Translations under genes and position numbers: made by a program
Assembly: GCA_963664435.2 (NCBI GenBank)
Contig: CAXXKM010000001.1
Span: 832,001 to 896,000, forward strand
Source: Longimicrobiales bacterium
Lineage (GTDB): Bacteria; Gemmatimonadota; Gemmatimonadetes; Longimicrobiales; Gaopeijiaceae
Direction of reading: 5' to 3'
Length of the DNA: 64,000 nucleotides
Part shown: piece after piece, positions 9,211 through 18,002 of the stretch
Layout of the letters: every line of letters begins with the position of its first letter
How positions within the stretch are numbered: position 1 is the first letter of the stretch
The notes under the pieces: model-generated
Told to the model about the DNA's origin: nothing
The model's input: only the letters and a program-made list of their open reading frames with translations
Databases searched by the model: none

Positions 9211-10641
9211 ATGAACTTCATTACGGGAAAGCACCTTTCTCGCCGTACCTTCCTTCGCGGGATGGGCACTACGGTTGCGCTCCCCCTGCTGGACGCAATG
9301 GTCCCCGCCGGCAGGCTGTGGCGGGACCGCGCCGCCAGCGACTTCACGCGCTTCGTGGGCATCGAAGAATCGATGGGATGCGCGGGCGGGAGCGACTGGG
9401 GAGACCAGCAGTTCCTGTTCGCGCCCGAGAAAGTCGGCCGCGACTTCGAGTTCGCGGCGACCAGCCAGCTCAAGCCGCTCGAGCCCTACCGCGACTACCT
9501 GACGGTGATCAGCAACACCGACTCGCGGATGGCGGAGGCGTACCGCGCGGAGGAGATCGGCGGCGACCACGACCGCACCACCGCCGTCTTCCTGACGCAG
9601 GCCCATCCCAAGCAGACCCAGGGATCGGACGTCTATCTCGGGACCTCGCTGGACCAGTTGCACGCGTGCCGCTTCGGCCAGGACACCGCACTTCCCTCGC
9701 TGGAGCTCACCACCGAGTCGATCGACCGCGGGGGCGGATGCGCCTACAACTACCACTGCGCCTACACGACCTCGGTGGCGTGGGCCTCCCCGACCCAGCC
9801 GCTTCCGGCCATCCGCGAGCCGCGCGCGGTCTTCGAGCAGCTCTTCGGAGCGGGCGACTCCGCCGCCGACCGCGCCGCCCGCCGCCGCACGGACCGCAGC
9901 GTCATCGACTGGATCGCCGCCGAGGTGGCGCGCCTGAAGCGAGAGCTGGGGGCTGTCGACCGCCGGGCCATGGACGAGTACCTGACCCACATCCGCGAGC
10001 TGGAGCGCCGCATCGAGCTGGTCGAGGAGCGCAACACCAGCGGCGAGGAGCGGGCGATGCCGGAAGCTCCCTCCGGGGTCCCGGATTCCTGGGAAGAGCA
10101 CATGGAACTCATGTTCGATCTCCAGCTGCTTGCGCTGCAGACCGACATGACCCGGGTCATCACCTTCAAGATCGGCTTCGACCAGTCGAACCGGACGTTC
10201 CCGGTCAGCGGCACCAACAAGTCGTTCCACGGCGCGTCGCACCACGGCAACGTCCCCGCCGACATCATGGACTTCAACCTCATCAATACCCACAGGCTGA
10301 GCCTGATGGGGTACTTCCTGGAGAAGATGAAGAACACGATGGAGGGCGACGCTTCGCTGCTGGACAAGACCGCCATCGTCTGGGGTTCCTCGATGGGCGA
10401 CCCCAACCTGCACAACCACCGCCGCTGCCCGCTCATCCTGATGGGGCACGCCAACGGCGCCCTGGAAGGCAACATGCACTTGCGGGCGCCCAAGGGAACG
10501 CCGATGGCCGACGCGTTCGTAAGCCTGATGCAGGGCATCGGACACGACGACCTGCGGTCGTTCGGGGACAGCGTGAGCCCGTTCCCGCTCTCGTTCCCCA
10601 GAGGCGGCTTTGCCGACGCGCTGCGGGAGGCCGGATCGTGA
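9211..10641 (+). CDS. DUF1552 (HXXSHH) domain protein
   Basis: Tat-like SRRTFLRG, HGASHH motif, usual position after a DUF1592 gene. Confidence 0.92.
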   Translation: MNFITGKHLSRRTFLRGMGTTVALPLLDAMVPAGRLWRDRAASDFTRFVGIEESMGCAGGSDWGDQQFLFAPEKVGRDFEFAATSQLKPLEPYRDYLTVISNTDSRMAEAYRAEEIGGDHDRTTAVFLTQAHPKQTQGSDVYLGTSLDQLHACRFGQDTALPSLELTTESIDRGGGCAYNYHCAYTTSVAWASPTQPLPAIREPRAVFEQLFGAGDSAADRAARRRTDRSVIDWIAAEVARLKRELGAVDRRAMDEYLTHIRELERRIELVEERNTSGEERAMPEAPSGVPDSWEEHMELMFDLQLLALQTDMTRVITFKIGFDQSNRTFPVSGTNKSFHGASHHGNVPADIMDFNLINTHRLSLMGYFLEKMKNTMEGDASLLDKTAIVWGSSMGDPNLHNHRRCPLILMGHANGALEGNMHLRAPKGTPMADAFVSLMQGIGHDDLRSFGDSVSPFPLSFPRGGFADALREAGS

Positions 10642-12605
10642 GGGGCCCCGGCGAGGTGGTGACGCGCCGCCGCATGGGCGTGCTGGGCGCGACCCTGCTC
10701 CTGGCGTCGCTGGCCGCCTCTGTTGAGGCTCAGGATGCCGGGCTGATGGGCGCGGCAAGGCAGGGCGACGCGGAAGCGGTTCAGACGCTGCTCGCCGGAG
10801 GGGCGGACCCGAGTCAGGCGCAGGGCGACGGCATGACCGCGTTGCACACGGCCGCGCTCGAGGGCCACGGCGATGTCGTGGACGTGCTGCTGGCCGCGGG
10901 TGCCGAGGTCGGCGCGACGACCCGCATCGGGGCGTACACGCCACTCCACCTGGCCAGCCAGGCCGGACACGGGGCGGTGGTGCGCTCTCTCCTCGAGAGG
11001 GGCGCGGATGCGAACCTCTCCACCACCAACAGCGGGGCCACCCCGCTCCACCTGGCCGCGCGCGTAGTGGCCGGCGAGGACGCGGTAGCCGCGTTGCTGG
11101 AACACGGTGCCGACGTCAACGCGCGAGAGGGCTCCGCGGGGCAGACCCCATTGATGTTTGCGGCCTCGTACAGCCGGACACCGGCGATTCAGGTACTCCT
11201 GAAGCACGGAGCCGACCCGAACGTGGCCACCAGGGTGGTGGACGTGCTGCACAGCGTGGCCATCGACCGCGAGGCCAGCCAGCTCCTGCGCGACCGCATC
11301 GAAGGGCTCCGCTTCGAAGCCGAACCGGGCACGGAGCCGGAATTGACCCCCGCACAGGTGCAGGAAGCGATCGCCGCCCAGCGCGAGTTCCTGAGCGCCG
11401 ACCACGCGCAGCGGCAGTTCAATGCCGACGATCTGGTCCAGCACCGCGCGGACTACCCCGGCGGCCCGCCGCTCGCGCGTCCTCCCTACCGGGAGACGCT
11501 GGTGGGCATGACCGGCGGCATGACCGCGCTGCTGCACGCCGCTCGCGAGGGCCATGTCGAAGCGGCACTCGCGCTGCTGGACGGCGGAGCCGACATCGAC
11601 CAGGTCAGCGGCGACGGCACCAGCCCGCTGCTGATGACCATCATCAACGGCCAGTTCGACCTGGCGATGGAGCTGGTCGAGCGTGGCGCCGATCCCGACC
11701 GGGCCGCCGACACCGACGGCATCTCCCCGGTGTTCGCGGTGCTGCAGACCCACTGGGCGCCCAAGTCCAACTACCCGCAGCCGCGCGCGCAGGACAACGA
11801 GCAGACCGAATACCTGGAGTTGCTGCAGGCGCTTCTGGACGCGGGCGCGGACCCGAACGTCCAGCTCAACACGCATCTGTGGTACTGGGAGTTCGGACTC
11901 ACCAAGATGGGCATCAACCTGGAGGGCGCCACGCCGTTCTACCGGGCCGCCTTCGCGCAGGACATCGAGGCGATGAAGATGCTGGCCGCCCACGGCGCCG
12001 ACCCCAACATCCCCACGCGCTGGCCGGCGGTGGGCATGCGGGAGCGCCGCCAGCAGGACGGGCGCCAGCAGGAGGATTCAGGCCTTCCCTGGATTCCCGA
12101 GGACTCGTACAACGCGTACCCCATCCATGCCGCAGCGGGTGGCGGCTGGCAGGGGCTCGGCGCGTTCAGCGTGCGCGCAGTCCCCGACAACTTCCTCAAC
12201 GCGGTCAAGTACCTGGTCGACGAGCACGGGGCGGATGTGAATCTGGCCGACTCCTGGCTGTACCGGCCGATCCACTACGCCGCGGCCCGTGGCGACAACG
12301 AACTCATCATGTACCTGGTCGAGCAGGGCGCGGACGTGACCGCCATCACCCGGCTGGGTCAGTCCGCGGCCGACATGGCGAGGGGCGGACGCTCCGGATT
12401 CTTCGTACGGGTCGCCTACCCGGAAACGGAGGAGTTGCTGGTGAACCTCGGCTCCAGCCGCGAGTGCGAGCACACCCACTTCCTGGACACGGGCGACTTC
12501 TGCGAGGGTCTCGGCGTCTTCGACCCGTGGAAGGAAAAGGGGATTCCGCAGACGACGGAGGCCGTGGTGCCGCCTCCCCCTCCGCCGGGAGGAAACCGGA
12601 GGTAG
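10638..12605 (+). CDS. Secreted ankyrin-repeat protein
   Basis: Signal peptide; many ankyrin repeats (GMTALHTAA, AYTPLHLAS, GQTPLMFAA, GADVN); GTG start overlaps the upstream TGA. Confidence 0.9.
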   Translation: MRGPGEVVTRRRMGVLGATLLLASLAASVEAQDAGLMGAARQGDAEAVQTLLAGGADPSQAQGDGMTALHTAALEGHGDVVDVLLAAGAEVGATTRIGAYTPLHLASQAGHGAVVRSLLERGADANLSTTNSGATPLHLAARVVAGEDAVAALLEHGADVNAREGSAGQTPLMFAASYSRTPAIQVLLKHGADPNVATRVVDVLHSVAIDREASQLLRDRIEGLRFEAEPGTEPELTPAQVQEAIAAQREFLSADHAQRQFNADDLVQHRADYPGGPPLARPPYRETLVGMTGGMTALLHAAREGHVEAALALLDGGADIDQVSGDGTSPLLMTIINGQFDLAMELVERGADPDRAADTDGISPVFAVLQTHWAPKSNYPQPRAQDNEQTEYLELLQALLDAGADPNVQLNTHLWYWEFGLTKMGINLEGATPFYRAAFAQDIEAMKMLAAHGADPNIPTRWPAVGMRERRQQDGRQQEDSGLPWIPEDSYNAYPIHAAAGGGWQGLGAFSVRAVPDNFLNAVKYLVDEHGADVNLADSWLYRPIHYAAARGDNELIMYLVEQGADVTAITRLGQSAADMARGGRSGFFVRVAYPETEELLVNLGSSRECEHTHFLDTGDFCEGLGVFDPWKEKGIPQTTEAVVPPPPPPGGNRR

Positions 12606-12699
12606 AAGGGCCTCCAGAGGAGTGCGGGCCGGGGAGATGAGGCGGAATCGGTAGAATCCGCCACAAGCCCCATTGCAGGCGGAATCTTGCCGTATCTAC

Positions 12700-12736
12700 A
12701 CTTGAAATATGAACAGGCGTCATTCATATTTCAAGT
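12700..12736. promoter_or_regulatory. Perfect 14-bp inverted repeat (probable operator) abutting a start codon
   Basis: ACTTGAAATATGAA-N9-TTCATATTTCAAGT immediately before ATG 12737. Confidence 0.75.
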
Positions 12737-13906
12737 ATGATGGAGATAGCCCGAGAAAACCACCTGCAGCGCCTGCGCCTGCTAATCGGCGAGTTTCCGG
12801 TCGTCGCCCTTCTGGGTGCGCGACAAGTCGGCAAGACCACACTCGCCCGTCATCTTCAGGCCTCGACACAGGATCCGACCACGTGGTTCGATCTCGAAGA
12901 TCCAGCCGATCTGGCGCGGCTGGCGGACCCCGGCCTGGAACTGAGGCCGCTCCGTGGGCTCGTCGTCCTGGATGAGATCCAGAGGCTGCCCGACCTGTTT
13001 CCGCTCTTGCGCGTGCTCGCGGATCGTCCCGCAACCCCGGCCAGGTTTCTGGTGCTGGGCAGCGCATCACCGGAGCTCCTCCGGCAGACATCCGAATCCC
13101 TTGCGGGCCGCGTGGCGTTTCACGAACTCGACGGCCTCAGCCTGGAAGAGGTCGACGACCTCGAACACCTGTGGCTGCGGGGAGGGTTTCCACGCTCCTA
13201 TCTGGCTCGTACGGAACCTGCCAGCCGGCGCTGGCGCGATGGCTTTGTCAGCACGTTCCTGTCGCGCGATCTCCCTGGCCTGGGAAGCCGGATTCCGCCC
13301 ACAACCCTCCGCCGCTTCTGGACGATGCTCGCACACTGGCACGGGCAGGTCTGGAACGGCGCTGAATTCGGACGCGCGTTCGGAATCTCGCACACGACGG
13401 TACGGCGCTACCTGGATCTGCTGACTTCAGTGTACGTGGTGAGACAGCTGCAGCCTTGGTTCGAGAACATCCGCAAGCGGCAAGTACGCTCGCCCAAGAT
13501 ATACATCGCCGATTCGGGCCTTCTTCACGCGCTTCTCGGATTGACCAGCCGGGAGGATGTTGTGTCGCATCCCAAGGTGGGAGCGTCCTGGGAGGGATTC
13601 GTCATTCAGCAGGTGATTCACCTGCTCCGCGTCCCGCCGGAGCAGTGCTTCCACTGGTCCACACACGCGGGTGCGGAGCTGGACCTGCTGGTGATGTCCG
13701 GCGGGCGCCGCCTCGGCTTCGAGGTCAAACGAACGGAAGCACCTCGCGTAACCCGCTCGATGCGTTCAGCTAACGAGACACTTGGTCTGTCGCAGCTCTT
13801 TGTCGTGCACGCCGGAACAGGGACGTATCGGATGGCGCCGAATATGCTCGCCCTGCCCGCGACTCAGCTTCGGGATACGCTCCACCCCATGCGCGTCGGG
13901 AGCTAG
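12737..13906 (+). CDS. AAA-family ATPase with DUF4143 domain
   Basis: Walker A GARQVGKT, Walker B VLDEIQ, KIYIADSG, ELDL...GFEVK nuclease-like motif. Confidence 0.92.
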   Translation: MMEIARENHLQRLRLLIGEFPVVALLGARQVGKTTLARHLQASTQDPTTWFDLEDPADLARLADPGLELRPLRGLVVLDEIQRLPDLFPLLRVLADRPATPARFLVLGSASPELLRQTSESLAGRVAFHELDGLSLEEVDDLEHLWLRGGFPRSYLARTEPASRRWRDGFVSTFLSRDLPGLGSRIPPTTLRRFWTMLAHWHGQVWNGAEFGRAFGISHTTVRRYLDLLTSVYVVRQLQPWFENIRKRQVRSPKIYIADSGLLHALLGLTSREDVVSHPKVGASWEGFVIQQVIHLLRVPPEQCFHWSTHAGAELDLLVMSGGRRLGFEVKRTEAPRVTRSMRSANETLGLSQLFVVHAGTGTYRMAPNMLALPATQLRDTLHPMRVGS

Positions 13907-14982
13907 TGTTGTGCCGCTAAAGCGGTGTTGGCACGGTTGACCTTAGCCAGGATGTCGCGAACGGTGGCGGTCCAGACGAAGGGTTTCGGGGCGCGGTTCC
14001 TGTGGTCGATGTAGGACGTGATCGCGTGGACGAGCTGGCCGACGCTGTGGACGGCGAGGCGTTTGAGCTGGCGCTGCGTGAGTTCGGAGAAGAAGCGCTC
14101 GACGAGATTGAGCCACGAGGACGAGGTGGGCACGAAGTGGAAGTGGACTCGGGGGTGCCGGTCCAGCCAGTCCTTCACTCGGGCATGCTTGTGGGTGGCG
14201 TAGTTGTCGAGGATGAAGTGCAGGTCGAGTTCCGGGTCGCATTGTTTTTCGACGGTGCGCAGGAAGCGGAGGAACTCCTGGTGCCGGTGACGGGGCAGAC
14301 ACTGGTGGATGACCTCTCCGGTGGCGACGTCCAGCGCCGCGAACAGCGTCGTGGTCCCGTGGCGCTTGTAGTCGTGCGTCATGGTGCCCGCCCGTCCCTT
14401 CTTGAGCGGCAACCCCGGCTGGGTCCGGTCCAGGGCCTGGATCTGGCTCTTCTCGTCGAAGGAGAAGACGATCGCCCGCTCCGGCGGCGCCACGTAGAGC
14501 CCCACCACGTCGCGGAGCTTCTCGACGAAGCGGGGATCGGTGGAGAGCTTGAAGTAGCGCACCCTGTGGGGCTTCAGTCCGTGGGCGTTCCAGATCCGCC
14601 CCACCTGGCTGTGATGCAGCCCCATGCCCTCGGCCATCAGGCGGGTGCTCCAGTGCGTCCCCCGCGGCGGTTTCTCCTCGAGCGTGCGGCGCACGACCTC
14701 GGCCTCGACTTCGGGCGTGATCGTACTTCGCGGCCGACCGGGGCGGGACCGATCCTCAAGTCCCGCGAGCCCCTCTTCGTCGTACCGGTCCAGCCATCTT
14801 TGCACGGTCGGCAGCGAGACGCCGATCTCGCGGGCCAGCGTCCGGCCCGGCAAACCTCCGGCCGAACCCAGTATGATCCGGGCGCGCTCCACGCGCCGCT
14901 GCGGGGTCGTGCGGGCTCGAACCCATCCCTCGAGCTCCTTGCGGTCCCCGGGTCGCAATCGAATCCTTCGCAGAGCAGGCAT
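13903..14982 (-). CDS. IS630 transposase
   Basis: N-terminal HTHs; DDE motifs FDEKSQIQAL, LDNYATHK, SSWLNLVERFF. Confidence 0.96.
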   Translation of the reverse strand: MPALRRIRLRPGDRKELEGWVRARTTPQRRVERARIILGSAGGLPGRTLAREIGVSLPTVQRWLDRYDEEGLAGLEDRSRPGRPRSTITPEVEAEVVRRTLEEKPPRGTHWSTRLMAEGMGLHHSQVGRIWNAHGLKPHRVRYFKLSTDPRFVEKLRDVVGLYVAPPERAIVFSFDEKSQIQALDRTQPGLPLKKGRAGTMTHDYKRHGTTTLFAALDVATGEVIHQCLPRHRHQEFLRFLRTVEKQCDPELDLHFILDNYATHKHARVKDWLDRHPRVHFHFVPTSSSWLNLVERFFSELTQRQLKRLAVHSVGQLVHAITSYIDHRNRAPKPFVWTATVRDILAKVNRANTALAAQH

Positions 14983-15041
14983 GCATGGAAGATAGCGGCT
15001 TCTCCATGCGTTAACCCTGCCACTTATGCGACACTACACTA
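13904..15041 (-). mobile_element. IS630-family insertion sequence
   Basis: Imperfect terminal inverted repeats (TAGTGTTGTGCCGCTAAAG vs TAGTGTAGTGTCGCATAAG), CTAG at both ends consistent with TA duplication, single transposase. Confidence 0.93.
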
Positions 15042-15479
15042 GTCCTCCCAGCTCACCGCATCCCCGACCTGGATGCGCGCGTCGCTCAGCACCGTGCAGA
15101 AGACCCCGCCGCGCCAGCCGGGGTCGAGGGCGTCCCGCAGCCCGGTGAGCTGTTCCTCCATGATCGTGCACGGCCGGGTCTCGCCGCGGATTTGTAACAG
15201 GCAGTCGCCGATACGGATCTTGCGGTCGCGGGTTTCGGCCAGCCTCACGCCGCTCACCATCAGGTTCGCACGCCTGAGGGCCGGATCGACGGACGTGCCG
15301 AGTTCGTCGTTGAGGTCGTCGAAGACTTCCTTCTCGATCAATGTGACCTGACGCCGGGTACGTCCGAAGTTCGCATCACCGGCGAGCCCGCCTCCCGCTT
15401 CGGCGGCGGCTTCGGAGACGGCGCTCATTTCGCCCCCACGTTGCCGCTTGAGCCAGATCGCCTCGAGTCTTCCGCTCAT
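15039..15479 (-). CDS. MOSC-domain protein
   Basis: GLAGD, RQVTLI, LRRANL, ETRPC, GWRGGV, IQVGD motifs. Confidence 0.88.
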   Translation of the reverse strand: MSGRLEAIWLKRQRGGEMSAVSEAAAEAGGGLAGDANFGRTRRQVTLIEKEVFDDLNDELGTSVDPALRRANLMVSGVRLAETRDRKIRIGDCLLQIRGETRPCTIMEEQLTGLRDALDPGWRGGVFCTVLSDARIQVGDAVSWED

Positions 15480-15864
15480 CCGTATCGCTCCTGTCGGTTC
15501 CGTTCTGTTTCCGGATGTATGGTCGTGTTCCGGTTGTGTCGCCGTTCCCCCGATGTGTCGCCGGCCGGTGTTCCGGATGCGTCGTCCGTGCCGCCCCTGG
15601 CTCGAACCGCTCCAGAATACCCAATCGAGCCGCTGAAGGCGAGAGACGGTTTCCGCCGGTCGGGTGACCGGCCCGGGACGCGGGGCGCGCCTGTCCGGAT
15701 CGCCCGGCGGCGAGGCCGCGGTGAAGGCGTCCCATCCAGCCATGGACTCGCCCCGGCATCCGGGTTCGGTGTGGTTCATGAGGGCACCTCAGGCCAAGGA
15801 CGAGCGGGGCGGTCGATGGCCACGGACTCGCGCCCGCCAGGAGCGTACCCTCAATCCGGAGACG

Positions 15865-16089
15865 ATGGACATGACTACTCGACGCAAGACCCCGAACCGC
15901 CTCACGATGGCCGCGCTTTCCCTCGCGGCCGCCCTGGCCCTGCAGACCGGACCGGCGGCCGCGCAGTTCGCTGATCACGCCCCACCTGTCGAAGACGAGA
16001 TCATCGATGGGCGTCCGGACGCCGACGGCAACGGCAACTGGATCCTGTGCTGGCCGCTGCATTGGCTCATTTACTGCTGGACCAGATAG
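15865..16089 (+). CDS. Small secreted Trp/Cys-rich peptide (74 aa)
   Basis: GGAG then ATG; basic N-region, hydrophobic core and AAA|Q cleavage site; C-terminus WILCWPLHWLIYCWTR. Confidence 0.65.
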   Translation: MDMTTRRKTPNRLTMAALSLAAALALQTGPAAAQFADHAPPVEDEIIDGRPDADGNGNWILCWPLHWLIYCWTR

Positions 16090-16119
16090 GAGGCTACCTG
16101 ATTGCGGCGCAGTCGCCCC

Positions 16120-16156
16120 GCCGGTGGCACCGGTCGTCCTGGCCGCTGCCACCGGC
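16120..16156. terminator. Hairpin between convergent genes
   Basis: GCCGGTGGCA...TGCCACCGGC 10-bp stem; no U-tract. Confidence 0.45.
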
Positions 16157-16168
16157 GAGTGCGGTCGC

Positions 16169-16237
16169 GCACGGACCGCGTTGAGGGCCGCGCAGGGACG
16201 GCGTTGAGGGCCGCGCACGGACCGCGTTGAGGGCCGC
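16169..16237. repeat. 3 x 23-bp tandem repeat
   Basis: GCACGGACCGCGTTGAGGGCCGC x3; the middle copy has 2 substitutions. Confidence 0.9.
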
Positions 16238-16263
16238 GCCTCGCCCGCGCGTTGGCTTCGCCT

Positions 16264-17778
16264 TCAGTTCGCCGGCACCGCCTCCATCAGCAGGCGCAGA
16301 GCCTCGTCGAGCGCCTGGCCCCCAGGTCCGGAGCCGCTGTAGTGTCCGATGCGCACCACCACCATGTCGTGCGTGGGGATGATGATGGTGCTTTGGCCCC
16401 CTGCTCCCGCCATGCGGAAGGCGCTCGTCGGGATCGGATAGCGGCCGTCACCGTTCACCCAGAAGAAGGCGCCTCCGTAGACCGGGCGCCCGTCGGCCAC
16501 CCAGGCGGGCGCGAGCGTGGACGCGTACTCGACGTATCCCTCCGGGAGAATGCGCTCGCCGTTCACGACGCCGTCCTGCAGATACAGGTTGCCGAGCCGC
16601 GCCCAGTCGCGCCCGCTCCCGAACCCGTATCCCTGCAGCAGGAAGTTGCCGTAGGGATCGGTCATCGCCACGAAGTTGCGCATCCCCAGCTTGTCGAAGA
16701 GATGGCGCTGCGGGAACTGGTGATAGTTCTCGCCCAGCTCCCCTTCAACGCCCAGGCGGACCAGGTAGTTGGTGAGCACGGGGTCGCAGTTCCGGTACCG
16801 CCCTACCGTGTCGGGCTCCCACTGCTGGTCCTTGCCGGCCGCCCACTCGAACGAGTTGACGGTGCCCGTATACAGGTACAGATGATCGGGGTATCCGATG
16901 TCCGGGTCATCGCCCGGATCGCCCAGGTTGCGGCAGCGCAGCCCGGAAGACATGCGCATGATGTCGCCGATGCGGATCGCCTGGCGCGGGTCGCCTTCGG
17001 ACTGCCACTCGGGAACGGGCGCGGACTGCCAGAGGTCGTAGACCCCCTTCTGGATCAGGATGCCCATGAGCGTGCCGGTCAGGCTCTTGTTCATCGACCA
17101 GCTTTCCAGCGGCGTGGTGTGGTCGATGCCCTCGCGGTAGCGCTCCCCGAGCAGGCGGCCCCGGTGGGTGACCACGAAGGCCGCGGTCAGCGCCTCGGGG
17201 GGCGCGAAGGCCGCCTCCACCGCCTGCGCGACCTTGTCCATGTCCACGTCGGCCGGGAAGGGCTCGTCCGGGAGCAGGTCGCCCAGCGGCCAGGGCGTGG
17301 TCTCCGCGTCGGGCAGGGTCGATACCACCTCGACCGTCTCGTAGTACGGCTCGTCCTCACCGATGGGGAGCGCCAGGCATCCCTGGTCGCCGTGCAGCTT
17401 GGCCGACCGCACCGTGCCGTCCGCGAGGGTGAGGTGCACGCGCCGGTTCTCGGAGTCGATCACCCGGTCGGTCACCGCGCCGCGGTACCGGGCGGGCGCG
17501 CTGAAGAAGCCGACGTGCTCGGCGGCGAAGTCCGGATCCAGCCCGGACAGGAAGACGTTGGAGCACAGGATCTTCGCGAACCCCGCCGTCGAATGCACCA
17601 CCGCGTCTCCCGGCGGCAGCACGTACGCTCCGGGCAGCTCGAGCTCGGCGGCGCGGGCGAGGAGTTGCGCCTGCGGATCTTCGGCTACCGGGTCGGGCGC
17701 GTCATCAGCCGGGGCGCAGCCGGCGGCGAGAATCGTGAGGCCGGCGAGGGAGGGCATCAGGCGGTGCAGCATCTTCAT
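16264..17778 (-). CDS. Serine hydrolase, beta-lactamase-related lipoprotein
   Basis: Lipobox AAGC; SxxK (SMNK); YRN; MAGAGGQ; MVVVRIG. Confidence 0.9.
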   Translation of the reverse strand: MKMLHRLMPSLAGLTILAAGCAPADDAPDPVAEDPQAQLLARAAELELPGAYVLPPGDAVVHSTAGFAKILCSNVFLSGLDPDFAAEHVGFFSAPARYRGAVTDRVIDSENRRVHLTLADGTVRSAKLHGDQGCLALPIGEDEPYYETVEVVSTLPDAETTPWPLGDLLPDEPFPADVDMDKVAQAVEAAFAPPEALTAAFVVTHRGRLLGERYREGIDHTTPLESWSMNKSLTGTLMGILIQKGVYDLWQSAPVPEWQSEGDPRQAIRIGDIMRMSSGLRCRNLGDPGDDPDIGYPDHLYLYTGTVNSFEWAAGKDQQWEPDTVGRYRNCDPVLTNYLVRLGVEGELGENYHQFPQRHLFDKLGMRNFVAMTDPYGNFLLQGYGFGSGRDWARLGNLYLQDGVVNGERILPEGYVEYASTLAPAWVADGRPVYGGAFFWVNGDGRYPIPTSAFRMAGAGGQSTIIIPTHDMVVVRIGHYSGSGPGGQALDEALRLLMEAVPAN

Positions 17779-18002
17779 GACTCCGCTTGCGGGATGTGGC
17801 AAGGTGGAAACTCACCATAAGGAGGGGTAACCGGAGCAACAAGCGGAGTGGACGGATGCGCTGCCGCGTCGCCGCGGGCCGGAGGAGCAGCGGGCGGGCC
17901 TCAACTCCCTTTCCCGGCCCGGTGCGGAGCGCTAGTCTGAGCCTTCCGATCCGGGCTTCTTCCGGGCCCCGTGGAAGCACGAACTCTGGGGAGGCAGGCG
18001 TC

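Noticed and set aside
8334..10637. N-terminal extension of the 1423-aa ORF
   Set aside because: Off-frame overlap with DUF1592/DUF1552; the ankyrin protein starts near 10638 with a signal peptide.
7342..10944. 1200-aa minus-strand ORF and other long antisense ORFs (e.g. 542..1834, 38256..40682, 58032..61607, 62298..63938)
   Set aside because: Shadow frames of real genes in high-GC DNA; no recognisable motifs.
16169..16237. Possible CRISPR array
   Set aside because: Units are contiguous with no unique spacers, and there are no cas genes.
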